A stretch of 63,922 nt of DNA, filler included, from Licmophora abbreviata (taxonomy: Eukaryota), in the NCBI GenBank assembly GCA_900291995.1. It is 15 parts of 15 records of this genome, joined end to end, with 100 filler letters (N's around TTAATTAATTAA, not from the genome) between each part and the next. Parts side by side here need not be neighbours in the genome. Positions count along the whole stretch, not along the records: positions 9,762 to 20,214 come from OLMU01001543.1; positions 20,315 to 25,602 come from OLMU01001548.1; 13 more parts are not named here. One strand, given 5' to 3'. The translations under genes and the position numbers were made by a program. Each line of letters begins with the position of its first letter. Position 1 is the first letter of the stretch. This document shows, in pieces, positions 12,701 to 24,981 of this stretch. The notes under the pieces were generated by a model. That model had not been told where the DNA came from. It worked only from the letters and a program-made list of their open reading frames with translations, and ran no database searches.

Positions 12701-13135
12701 CGACTGACCGGTTGCCGCCGCATGTGCGGCTGCTGTCGAATCGTTGTCGTCCGTTGACGAGTTATCGCCATTAGACCCCGTAGAGGAGTTGTCATCGTCT
12801 GAATCATCTTGAGGAACAAAGATAAGCCTCTGTCGGTGGCGCGGCGCGGCATGCAAAATGTGAGCAAAACAGTCTCGAAAGGGAAGCACAACCGGTCGAC
12901 GGCAGGGCACGGCATGGGTGGAACCCGGAACTTCCCGATCATGGCGGCGCAAAGATCCGTCTCAAAAGCCCGATTCTCCGCCGATTTTCAACTGACAAAG
13001 CCCATAACTTACCCTCAGAGCTTCCGCGTCCTCGAATTCACAACAGTCGTGAACTGGATACCTCTTTGATCCAACATTGGCCGACTCAAACTGGAACTCA
13101 TCATCGTCGGAGGAAGACGCCGCAGCCACAGACAT
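9762..13135 (-). CDS. Ankyrin-repeat histone deacetylase (class II-like), 3'-truncated by gap
   Basis: ATG at 13135; introns 13012-12830 and 11245-11160. Ankyrin motifs TALHVA, SPLHTA, TPLSLA, RALHTA, TPLHVA. HDAC motifs RPPGHHA, GFC, DFDVHHGNGT, ISAGFD, LEGGY. Confidence 0.92.
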
Positions 13136-13777
13136 CCTGAGGTGCTCCTTTGTATTTCTTCAGTAGAATTCTACACGGGACGACTCAAACCGGGATAAAG
13201 ATGGCTAAATATTTCGCAAAAGCACTCTGGTTTCAGGAATGGGAGCGATCTGATTGGTCCAGAAAAGTCGCCTTCATCCCGCGAGCTCGCCCCGAAATTA
13301 TGAGCAAAACCGGAGATAAAAATGTGCAATGAGTCTTGTACAGCGGAATTAGTACTCTTCTACGACCGTATTTTCCACGAGTGATGTACCACATGTAGAA
13401 TCAACATCGGTTTCTACCGGGATTTGAATTCAGTATTCTTTCTACGTAGATGTCCTCATAGCCTGCCACGTGGCACAACTCGCAGTTCGCGAGACACGTT
13501 CTGGAGATTCGTTAAAACGCGCGAGCTCCTCTTCGATTTGAATTCTCGTTTGCGCCAAAAAAAGAGTGGCACACACCGCGAAACGCCGGCCTCCGAGAAA
13601 CTGTGAGACCTGACACCCTTCAGTTCTTGTTGCCACATCAGACTGATTTCTAAGCCCCGTCTCAGTCTTTACTATCAGTTTATCTCTCAATTTACAAACT
13701 TCTGCAAGTTGCTTGGCCGCTCGTGGCGATTGACCGACAAAGAACGGTATCGAAAACCTGATTTCTCGATTTCAACC

Positions 13778-16700
13778 ATGCCGACGCCTCGCATCAGCAA
13801 AATCACGACGCCTCGGAAGTCATCAGCTCGAAAGCCTTCGGGAACACCTCGAAAAGAGGCGACTCCGACTGCACGAAAGTCTTCTGTGACGCCACGAAAA
13901 GCGACAACTCCTACGCGGCCTCCCCGTGCCACGCCGAGGCGATCCACGACAGCGACGTCTAAGGTCGTTCGTTCCCCTGTTCGAGGTGCTAGTCCGCGCA
14001 AGGCAACCCCAACAGCTCATGTGGAACCTGTTCCCAATGACAATGGCGAGGAAGGAATCGTTGGTAAGCTTTCGCTTCGGGTGTGATGAGGCGTGAACAT
14101 GAGCTACACAAAATAATGAGATATCGAGACTCACATGTCCACTCTTCTTTTCTTCCCTCATCGCAGTCGCCATTCGCATGCGCCCATTGAATTCGAAAGA
14201 GTCAACCAGCGAAAGTGCTACGTCGGATGTCGCGAATCGCGTGTGGCGTGTCCTCCCGCAGTACAACTCTGTCACCCAGACAACTAACACGGGCCAGCCA
14301 TTGCCGGAGCGTGTCACGGGACGCACGTTCTTCTCGTTCGACCGTACGTTTGGAGAGGATGCGACCACGCAGAATGTGTACGATGGCGTCGCCAAAAACA
14401 TCGTACAGAGCGCCGTGACAGGTCTCAACGGAACGATCTTTGCTTACGGACAAACATCAAGTGGAAAGACCTATACTATGCAAGGATCGGGATCGATTGA
14501 TGAAGGCCGTCGTGTCGGTGGAGGTGGCGTTGTGCACATGGCGGCGACCGATATCTTTGGTCATATTCACAACACGCCTAATCGAATCTTTTTGGTTCGT
14601 ACTTCATTCATGGAAATATACAATGAGGAAGTGAGGGATTTGCTAGGAGGTAACGCGGTTCTGCAAATTCGTGAAGACCCCCGTAAAGGTGTCTTTGTGA
14701 ACGCTGCTGAGGAGATCGTGACGGACTTTGAGAGTCTTCTTCGAATTCTGTTTGCCGGGGAGAAGAATCGTGCGGTGGCGGCCACGGGTATGAACGAACG
14801 CTCGTCGCGCTCGCATACGATCTTTCGAATTACGATCGAGAGCCGTCATAAATCGGAGGCAAGCGAGGATTCGCCGTCGGATGACGGTGCCGTTCTGATT
14901 TCGACTCTAAACTTGGTGGACTTGGCCGGCTCTGAGAGTGTGCGTCATACCGGAGCCACAGGAGATCGCCAAAAAGAAGGGGCCAAGATCAATCAGAGGT
15001 GAGGAACAGGGCACTGTGGCTCGCAATCGATCTGCAGCTCCAAGCGACACCGCCTTCGAACACTCACTCATGTCTTTGCTTCTTGCCGACACACAGTCTA
15101 TTGACTTTATCTCGTGTCATTGTCGGTCTCGGGCAGCAAAATCAAGCACATATCAACTTTCGTGATTCCAAGTTAACCCGCATTCTCCAGCCTTCGCTCT
15201 CTGGAAACGCACGCATGGCCGTCGTCTGCTGCGCCACTCCATCCGAACTTTATTTGGAAGAGACGCGGTCCACACTCCTATTTGCATCCCGTGCTAAGCT
15301 TGTTAAGACTAAAGCTCAAGTCAATGAAGTACTTGATGAGCGCTCCATGATCAAGCGATTGCAGCGCGAGCTTGCAGAAGCACGGCGTCACAGTGTCGGT
15401 ACTGGGCAGATCGAACAAATGAAAACACTAGAGAGCGAAGCCACGAAAGCTGGAAATGCGGTCAAAGAAGCTGAAAGCAAGCTGCAACGGCTCAAGTCGT
15501 CACTATTGAATAGCTCTGTACTCTTCGGCGCTTCTCACATTGATCTGATACCAGGTGCGAATGACCCCGCTTCGAAGTGGAGCCTTCGCTCCAAGAAGCG
15601 CCGCCTGTCGGACGGACACATCCATGTTGACCGAAGCGGCATGCTAACACCGCTTAAGGAGAATGTGGACATTGCCTCTCCCCAAAGTCTTCGCCAGCCG
15701 ATCAAAAGTGAGCGTGCTGGACAAATTCATGCTCATCTCTCTCCCAACACTGAGCTTGCGCTTGTCCGCACTGCTTACGACTCTAAAGTGGGGCATACGA
15801 AGACTCTCCAGGGTATTATCGCTGAACTTGAGCAGAAGCTTACAGTCGAGATCAATGAGAAGGAAAATCTTGAGCACGCTGTTGAAACTCTGAAACACGC
15901 AAAGGAAGATTCTCAGAAATCAATTGAGGACCTAGAATATGAGAAGTCTGGTTTGCTGGATCGCGTCGAGAGCCTTTCCGGCGAGCGTGTGCGTGGTGCG
16001 TTTGACCTCGCTCAGTCGAACAGCGAGCGAGAGCGTCTCGCTAAAAGCTTGTCAGAAAATAAGAGAGAAACACAGCAGATGTCGGAAGACATCAGTCTAT
16101 TGAAGGCGACACTCAGAGATGCTATTGAAGAGAAGAACCAGATCGCGGAGCAGCTGAGCGAGACTAGGTCGACTCTAGAAGATGTTTCCGCTCAAAAGGC
16201 AAGAGCCGATCAGCAACTCGCTTCATTGACTGAATCCCTGTCAACACATAAGGATGAGCTGGCATCAGCTCTCTCTGCAAACGAAGATCTTGCTAGTAAG
16301 AATGGGAGCCTAGAAGCTGAAGCTGCCAGTATCTTGGCGGAGCTCGAAAACTCCCGGGCGACCATTGTCGAGCTGACGTCAACGTGCAACGAGCAGAACG
16401 AATCTATCCAAAAGCTTGAAGAAAACGCCGAGGAGGCGCAGACGATTCATTGCTCCAATATGGAGATGGTCACGAAGCAAAAGGAATTAGTTGTCCGCCT
16501 GGAAGATACAATTCAGCAACTGTCAACAGAGAATGAAGCCTCCGCGCAGCAAGTCCACGATTTTTCCGACAGGATAAGAGAATTGGAAGACTCTATTCAA
16601 GTTTCAGAACGCAACCTTTCTGAGACCGCCTCAGAACTGGACGATAAGAAGGCAGAGTTTACTGCGCAGGTGAAGTCCTGTAATGTGGCGACAGCCGCGC

Positions 16701-19613
16701 TCGAGGCAACTGAGCAGCGACTCAACGAAGCAAAATCGACGATAGAGGACCTTGTCAAAGACAATGAAGACAAGGAATCCAGGATCACAACCATGTCGTC
16801 CCATCTCGACGACATGATTAACCGTTTCGTTGATATGGAATCGAGCAAATGCGAAGTGGAGGAGATGATTGGAGAGTCTACTGCCGAACTGCAGCGCATC
16901 TTGGTAGAAAAGTGTAGGATCTCCGAGGAGCTCCAGGAACAGGCCGAGAAATTATCGATTGTTGCGGAACAGCGAGACACAACACAGGAGGCGTTGGAGA
17001 AGTCAGAAGCCAACAAAATGAACCTGAACGGTGTTATTGAAGAGCTGGAAGTTGAAAAGGAGGAATTGAAGTCTCGCGTCGAAGTCCTTCTCAAGGAGAA
17101 AAGTAGAGCAGCAGTGGATCTGGAGGACTTCCGAGCTGGGAAGGCCACGGTGGATGCACAGCTTGCGGATGCTACTGCTAGAGTTGAGGAGGTCTGCGCC
17201 GATAAGCTGCGTATGGTTGACCAACTTCAGGATCGACAATGCATCATTGATGCTCTTTCTCTCGAGCGCGAAGAGGCACAATCTTCACTGTCTTTCGCCA
17301 AATCACAAATTGAAGAGCACAGAGCTGCACAGCAACGTCTGGAGGAAGAGAAGACCGACCTCGTCAAGCGACTGGAATCAGAAGCAACAAGAGAAGAAGA
17401 AAAGCAACAAGCGCAGCTTATCGATCTTACAACCGAATGTTTCGAACTCAAACAGCTTTTGACGGATGCAAACCGCGCAGTCACACAAGCTCGACAGGAA
17501 GCCCAATCTTCGTCTATTGAACTACAACACAAATCTCAGAGTCTCGAAGCTTCCATTGGTCACCAGAAAGAACTCGAGAGCGAGCTCCATGCGGCTTCTC
17601 AAAGAGTTGCTTCCCTTGAAAGTCAAGGAAAAGAGGGCAAGGACGGAGAACTTGCAGAAGAGCTGGAAGCGTTGATGACGGAGAAATTGAATGTCGAAGC
17701 ACGCTTGCACGAGGAAATTTCTCGGCGGGAAGATTCCGAAGCCGAACTTCGACGACTTGCTGGCGAGGAGCAGAGAGCTCTTGTCCTAGAGGCAGAGAGC
17801 ACAATGAACGCACTTCGAAGTGAGGCCGCCCGTCTACAAGAGGCAGCTTCACAAGCCGAGGCGGATGTGTACGCAGCTCGACAGGAAAACGAAGAGCTTC
17901 AAGATCTGAACCGGCGCTTGGAAGACAAGGCACTAGAGTCTGAAGTCCTCAGGGAGACAGAGAAGGTTCTGAAGGGCAAGCTATCAACTCTTTCAGAAAG
18001 TAACTGCCAATTGCAGAGGGAACTCGAGCTCGAACGAAAAGCATCGAGCTTTGATGACAACCACGACGAAGAAATAGCTACGGTCAAGGCAGAGCTGAGT
18101 CGAGTGAAGGCAGAGAGCTATGCATCGACACAGGAAGCTCAAGATCTGAGAGCGGAGCTCCAACAGAATCGCTTCGAAACAGAGGCGGCGGCGAAAGAAT
18201 TCAGACTGAGCAGAGAACAATTTGCGGCTGCACTTTCGTCGCTCGAGAATGAGAATCGCGAATTGCTTAGTCAGATTCGATCTTTGGAAGTCAATGGAAA
18301 AGAAAACGTTTTGAGCACAGACGAAGTAGGAAAACTCCAACAGCAGGTAGAACAGTTGTCCTCCGAGCTCAAGAGGAGAGAAGCCCGTATCCAAAAACTG
18401 AATGCGACGAAGCTCACGAAGGATCAATGTGCAGCTTTGAAAAAGATAAAGGTAAAATTGCTCAATGGTCTGGTTTCGCAAGCGTGTTCGACCAATATTG
18501 GCTCACCTTCCGTGTCTTATGTGCTCTTGTTTGTTTCAGGATGAACGAGTCAAGTTTTCCAAGGATGCGAACGAGTATCGCATCAAATTGAACGAAGCCC
18601 AAAAACAAATTGCTATGCTGACATCTCAGCTCTCCCAAAATTCGGCCTCCTCCGAGACAGGGGATGCTTCTCTCAAGTTTGAAAAGGAAGCTCTGGAAAC
18701 GAAATTTCGCAAGTATGCTGCCCATTGCCAGCGTCTAGAAAGCGAGAAAGCAATGATGAAGGATGCGCTTGAGTCCGTCCAGGGGTTCCATGTGCAGCAC
18801 GGGGATGTCACTGGCGCCGTGGTTGCCATGTGCGACAAGATCAGCTCACTCGAAGAGGAGTGCGAAGCACTCTCAAACGCGGAGAGTAAGGCTTCATCCT
18901 TTCTGAGCGAGTTGGACCGACTTCGCGAGGAAAACGCCTCCCTTCACGAATCCATGGCCAAGTCCGAGACGAGACTTGCGGATCTTATGGGATCTGGAGT
19001 CACCCTCGAATCAAAACTGAATGAGACTGCTGAGAAGATGAACAGCCTACGCCATGAGCGGGACCATTTCAAAACCATTGCCGAGTCGGCGCAAGGCAAC
19101 GTTGAAAACCTCGAGAACGAGAAGGGTCGTCAGGTTCGGTACCTCGAACAAGAGAATCTTCAGCTCATGCTTGATCTCAAGAATGCAAAGAAACAGATCC
19201 AAAGTACAAGAAAGCAGCTGGACTCAATGCGCCTGAAAGTCACGGATGATGACACTGTCGATTTCGGCACCATACCGATCGCTCCCTTGGCCTTGCCTAA
19301 CCATGCGTCTGGTGAAGTCAACCCAGCCGTGTCCAGCGATACGCCGGGTGGAGTCAATGATGAGTTCTCAACTGGTTGGATGAGACCTGAAAATCCCGTT
19401 GACGATAAGGAAAACCAACCTGCGGAAATCCGGCTCAATGGGGTATCAGGTAGCGCTTCTAGATCCGAATCCACAGGTAAACGAAGACTTCCTCGCATTC
19501 CTCGCTCTGCCAAGAAGAAACTCCGAAACATTGCCACGCCTGGTCGCGCCGTCGGTCTTGGGGAAGCGGGCGACGACGGCAACGAGAATACTACCGAATG
19601 CAAGCAGAGTTGA
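13778..19613 (+). CDS. Kinesin-7/CENP-E-like motor protein with long coiled coil
   Basis: ATG at 13778; introns 14064-14166, 14999-15096 and 18452-18539. Motifs VAIRMRPL, FAYGQTSSGKT, NERSSRSH, LVDLAGSE, INQSLLTL, FRDSKLTRILQPSL, ETRSTLLFASRAK, then a >1000-aa coiled coil. Confidence 0.93.
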
Positions 19614-20154
19614 GTGAAAGAGTCCGAGTGGGCCATTCATGTAGATTGTGAGTGCAATAGATTTGTCGTTCCAACGATTCAACATTCCGGTAACAGATCT
19701 GGTCATCCTCTGGAAACGTTTCAGAGGTAGGTCCAACAGACTTTGTAGCGGGACTGGGACTGCTCGCCTTTGCTGGGTCACTTTCTGTTTACTTTCATGT
19801 CACGCTCAGATAACAAGCAAAACGAATCATACATTAAAAACGCAATTACTAGTAATCATAAACTTTGTTCCCGATACATAGTTTCCCGGCTGCAGTCCAC
19901 AAATAGCGCTGGGTCTGATATAATGGTAGCAAAAACAGGAGGTGAAGAATTCGGCTCTCTGCTCATAAGCTCTGTCCAAAGCAAAATGCATTCGTAATTT
20001 TGCGCCATGCTTGAGGACGAAGAATCGTTCGGGTGTTAAGAAATACATCGCTCGTCCATAGAGACAACATACGTGCTGCTGAACTTGTCGGAATTGAACG
20101 TTGCGCCTCCGACCACGAGCTTAGGATCGGAGCCGTCCACTTTCGAATGACAAA

Positions 20155-21086
20155 CTAGCTTCCGCACCCCGTCATCCACTTGCTCCAAAGGGTCATAGTC
20201 CATCCAATAGTTATNNNNNNNNNNNNNNNNNNNNNNNNNNNNNNNNNNNNNNNNNNNNTTAATTAATTAANNNNNNNNNNNNNNNNNNNNNNNNNNNNNN
20301 NNNNNNNNNNNNNNCCTTGTTGTTTGCAGTCTTGCTCGTATCGATAGGCAACCTCGTAAAAGTCCAATCGTAATCGTACGTCATTTCCATAAAGGGGCTG
20401 ACATGAAACGTCTTGGGAAAGACGTAGTTGATCGACGACGCTGTAGGTCGAACCGATGTGACATCCACACTTGACTCGTGCAAGACATAACACTGCATTT
20501 CATTCCACGGCGTATTACTGACTTCGGCCACAATGGCACACGGTGCCGTTTTCTTCTTCTCAAAGACGTAATAAAAACTGACGGGATTGAAGCAGTAGCC
20601 AAAGTAGCACAGGTGCGTCAACAAGACGACGCGATGTGTGTCGAGCGTGGATCGGAAACTATGCTTCGTTCGTTCTTGTACCAACTGGAGCGTGCGCTGG
20701 GCCAACTGGCGCTCTGAAAGCGCGGTTGAATTCCCCTTACTTTGCAGTCCCTCACCATTCTTGTAGTGATCGCGTGGACGCAGTGACATGACTATAGAGA
20801 GTGGCCATAGTTTTTTCGATCGAACGCTTCCAAACCACAACTCGTCGGCTTCTGTATTGAGTTCCACGGCCATCCAAAAGAAGGGATAGGCAAACGAGTG
20901 CACCGCTGGATGATACCGTGTATGAGAGACTCGTCCCACATAAAGAGCCGAGTAAAGCTTGTGGTCGTTTTCGTCGTTGTTCCTCCTCCATCGAAGCCAA
21001 GTCAGTGCTGCCAACGCCAGAGTGACACCGCAGACGAGCAGAGGCACTGAAATCAAGGCCAGTGCCGGGTACAAAAGGACATTCAT
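20155..21086 (-). CDS. DUF1365 family protein (UfaO-like) with N-terminal membrane anchor, interrupted by gap 20215-20314
   Basis: Motifs SALYVGRVSHTRYHPAVHSFAY, LLTHLCYFGYCFNPVSFYY, AEVSNTPWNE, PKTFHVSPFM. The frame ITIGWTMTLWSKWMTGCGS* (20214-20155) beyond the gap is a tentative C-terminus. Confidence 0.92.
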
Positions 21087-21413
21087 CGTTTTCGATCTCT
21101 GAATTGAATCAGATAGAGGGTCTCAGGCACGGAACTACTGTCTGCCCATGTCGCTACGTAACGACGACGGCGATCGATGCATCATGGTTCTCCATCGCGT
21201 TCCAGTTCTTTTTCGAAATCGAAACTCGAAGGAGCTCGTGATGAATACATAGAGCTCGTGATTACACAAAAAACAAAAAAACGGCCTTGACTATGATGAT
21301 ACGCATTACTAGATTCGACTCTGGAGTTTCATGCCTTACTATGTACAGAAACGTTGCACCCCACGTTCATTCTTTTTCATCTCATACGTTTCGTCCAAGT
21401 ACTGTACCCAATT

Positions 21414-22802
21414 TTAACCTACTTGCTGTGCTCGACCTTCCGCATGACTATTGGAAGTCCTTGCGTTTCCCGTTCGCGAGAGTAGAAGATCAAAGTCAAT
21501 GTAGGGTTCGTAGTGCTGCACGGTCGTCTCGACGCGATGTGAGTCATCAATATTAAGCTTGGGAGTATGCGTATGAATCATATTCATCACTTGGTGGGAC
21601 GGGTAGGGAGCCGCCAGAATGGGAGGTCCACGTCCATCCGCATCGTTGCAGGCGATCATGTCGAGAATTTGGGGATTCAATCGAAACTTCTTGGACCGAC
21701 CACATACCAGCAAGGCTGCTTCAAAAGAAGATCCATCTGCTGTCCCGCTCATGTGCACGCGGCGTTGGTATTCCGCCAAGAAGCCGAGAATGATGTCTTC
21801 GCGGGAAACATGGCAGATATACAGTGTCCTGGATGGTTTGATGCGGAGATTTTCCAAAAAGACGGAAAGAGAAGTTGCCACAAGATTCAAGTCCTTGATG
21901 GTATAATGTCGCAAACGATGTTCACGACCACTCCAAAGCTGCGTTCCAAAGAGCTTTTCGAGATCAGTCAGAGCCGGACACCCGAGGTACGGGCGATCGG
22001 GTATACAGCCGAGGAGGGGAACGTCGCCCCAGTGGTGCCGCAATGCCTTTTCGATATAGTGCTTTGTCTGGTCGTACTTGTCGTGCTGCACCTTGTTGAT
22101 GACGACGCCTGCAATATCTACTCCATAGGCTTGACATAAGACGCGGTTAAGCTCCAGCTCGTCGAATGCTTTTCCAAGTCCTCCATTCGCCACAAGTACC
22201 ATGCTGGCACCCAACATACTGGCCACCTGGGCGTTGCTAGCTTCCACGATACTTCCTACGGCACAGTGCCCCGTACCTTCGCACAGAACGACATCATTGG
22301 CCCTATCAATCTCGTGAAAGGCCTTTCGAATTTTCGAGTCCTGGTTGGTGTTCGAAATTTTGCCATCTAGATAGTCCTTGGTGTAGCCTGGTGGAATGAC
22401 GACGGGACTCATACAAGGAAATGGAATATGATGCAGCCCAAAGTGCTGTCGTACCACGACGACATCCTTGTCCACCGCCAGCTCGCGATGCTTGTCATAC
22501 TCGTCTTGAACCTCCAGCGTCTTTTGCCCTACAGGCTTGATAAAGCCCACTCGGCCGAATCTTTTCTGTAGACCCGATGTGAGTGCCAGCGAGACGGACG
22601 TCTTGCCCACATGCTGACGCGTGGCAGCCACGTAGATAGGTCGCTTCTTGCGGGAAGCTTGATCAGCTATACTATCATGTTCCTCCACCATGGCCGTGGA
22701 GAAGAAACGACTTGGCGAGGCGCCGATGGCGAGAACTGATTTTCTCGCCATGGACGCCATCAGGAGGCGCCGGGAGTCACCATAGGATAGACGGAGTGTC
22801 AT
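21414..22802 (-). CDS. Stand-alone BioD-like (AAA_26)/DRTGG protein resembling the N-terminal half of phosphate acetyltransferase; probable mitochondrial presequence
   Basis: P-loop ATRQHVGKTS, GFIKPVG, VLCEGTG, SNAQVASMLGA, GVVINKV, LLGCIP. Arg/Ser-rich N-terminus ending RFFST. No PTA catalytic domain. Confidence 0.8.
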   Translation of the reverse strand: MTLRLSYGDSRRLLMASMARKSVLAIGASPSRFFSTAMVEEHDSIADQASRKKRPIYVAATRQHVGKTSVSLALTSGLQKRFGRVGFIKPVGQKTLEVQDEYDKHRELAVDKDVVVVRQHFGLHHIPFPCMSPVVIPPGYTKDYLDGKISNTNQDSKIRKAFHEIDRANDVVLCEGTGHCAVGSIVEASNAQVASMLGASMVLVANGGLGKAFDELELNRVLCQAYGVDIAGVVINKVQHDKYDQTKHYIEKALRHHWGDVPLLGCIPDRPYLGCPALTDLEKLFGTQLWSGREHRLRHYTIKDLNLVATSLSVFLENLRIKPSRTLYICHVSREDIILGFLAEYQRRVHMSGTADGSSFEAALLVCGRSKKFRLNPQILDMIACNDADGRGPPILAAPYPSHQVMNMIHTHTPKLNIDDSHRVETTVQHYEPYIDFDLLLSRTGNARTSNSHAEGRAQQVG

Positions 22803-23221
22803 TCTTTTGATTTATTCCCAAAAGTGACAGCATGGACTCTTTTTGAAAAGAGTGAGGTCTTACTTCTCACTTTGCAGCGGCACCAATTCTCATGGTTTGG
22901 GGCGGCTTCGCCGCATTTGCGAAAATTTCGGCACGTACAGTCTACGTAGCTCTGGCAGTACTGAAAAGGGAAGTGAAACGTGATGTCACGATGACCCGGA
23001 GGCAGGGCGCGCCGGGCGAGCCACTCTTGGATGCAATATTCAATATGTTAAAAAGCTGTGGGACTGACAGCTCGTTTAGAAGTCAATACTAGCGCATCAA
23101 AGCGACGGCGGACGAATACCCTCAGTAGTTAGCACGACGCTACCAGGTAGATGTCTACGATACCACAAAATCTATCAGCAATGCAGCCCTTTTCTTCTTT
23201 CAAAAGTAGGTACGCATGTTC

Positions 23222-24981
23222 TCACGCTTCTCCTCGCCTTTTCTCGTTCACAGCCCCATGGCACCTGCTCGACCAAAGTTGGCTCGTCCAAACCCATCTG
23301 CTCCCTCGGGCTGCCTCGTCTGGGATTTTTCTCTTTCTTGATAAGACTTCCACTGCTTCCAGCGTCATGAGCAGTAAACTTACATCACTCACACGGTCAC
23401 TCGAGAGCCGTTCCTCCGTTCCGAGTTCAGCATAGGCCTGTTCTTCCACAAACCCGCACGCCAATAAGAGTCCCCGAGCGGCAGTGTTCCAGACTGCCGC
23501 GGCAAACTTTGGTTGAGCGATACGAATTTGACGATACTTGGTTTGATCGGGATGAGCAACAATGTTGGTCAAGTACTTCAACAACAGAGGTGAGTCGAGA
23601 TTCAACATGTGATAGTTGAAATAGGCGGTACGTTCCATGTGCTGCAATGTCCATTTGGCGGCCTTGATGGGAGTCTAATAATCAAGGAGAATAAAACGAC
23701 GCGCTTTGGTGAGTGTGGATGGGTTTCTTTCGATGGTGAAGCGCCATATTGTGTCCAGTATGCAGCACTTACATCGAGACTGTACTGCGGCGGATGCGGC
23801 AAGACAGGATCCACCACACGACACGTATACGGAGTCCCCGGGATATGTGGTAAGATATTCAACTGGTGCACTCCGATATCTGGATCCTCTGCACTAATGG
23901 TGGGCACTTGTCGTGTCGTCGGAATGACACGATAGGGAATGTAATGCAGCAGTACATCCTGTCCTTCTCCTTTCGGCCGAAACGTCCAGGGATGGCCAAT
24001 CCATGTGATTTGACGCCACATACCTCCAGGATGAATCACACCTCTTGACTTTTCTTGTCCATGATAGTCCACCCAAAAGACTTCGATAGGCACCAACAGT
24101 TGATTGGTCACTTGCAGGTGAATCTTGACATGGCCGCGTTCGGATTTGGGCAAAAAAGGGCAAATTACCGGAGTGCCGTCCCTGCGACCAAGTTCATAAA
24201 TGCGATATAGACTGGTTTCCACGTTGTACCAGTAATAAAAGGCATCCAAACCAGGATGGGTGTCGGATGTGGCCTTGATGGGAGTATGCTGCCGAATACT
24301 AGCAGTAGAAGGTTGCAACGTAGTTTGTGAGGCAGACGACTCTCCAACGGCGAACTCAACTGCTTCATCCTTGTCGGTGTCGTCATACTGATCATCTTCT
24401 TCAGCCCGTTTTGGTTCATTCCCTCCTTTCGTCTCGTCGTCGTTCTTCTCAATTGCCACATTCCTCTCGTGGTCTGCTACGAGTCGCGCAGATGGGTAGG
24501 TCTGAGTACAAGCATCTTCAGTTTCAGGAGAAGCAGCCACATTGGCTTCTTCTGGCGTCTCCTTCTTTTTGCGATCTTCTCTTCGTACAGAAGGATATGT
24601 CTGCGTACACGCATCTATAGATGGGTTCTCCACGACGACAAAGTCTTGCTCGTGAGAGTCCTCTTTCGCGATTGATTGTTTGCCCTTTGGAGACGCAACC
24701 TCGTCCTGTTCGAGTTCGTCGTAGAGCAGCGTCTCTTCCTGCTCATCGTCATCACCATCTTCCTCCTCCTCTCGATCCACAGCACTACTTCCAGCCAATG
24801 TCTTGCCTCGCGGGAGGGCACTCCTACTCGGATCTCGTGTATACAAGTGCCATGCGACCGCAATTACGACCGTCGCCACCAATCGCACCAACCAAATCAA
24901 AATCGGGTCATTTTGTTGCAGCAAGTGGTGTTCCAACCAGGATTTCAAGGAAAACGAGCGGGTAGGAATGTCACTCTCCAT
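23222..24981 (-). CDS. Membrane-anchored VHL beta-domain + PUB domain protein
   Basis: N-terminal TM (ILIWLVRLVATVVIAVAW) and acidic linker. VHL-like NQL..PIEVFWVDYHGQE..RG.IHPG...QITWIGHPWTFR. Intron 23772-23675. PUB-like LLKYLTNIVAHPDQTKYRQIR....F......ARGLLLACGF. Confidence 0.78.
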
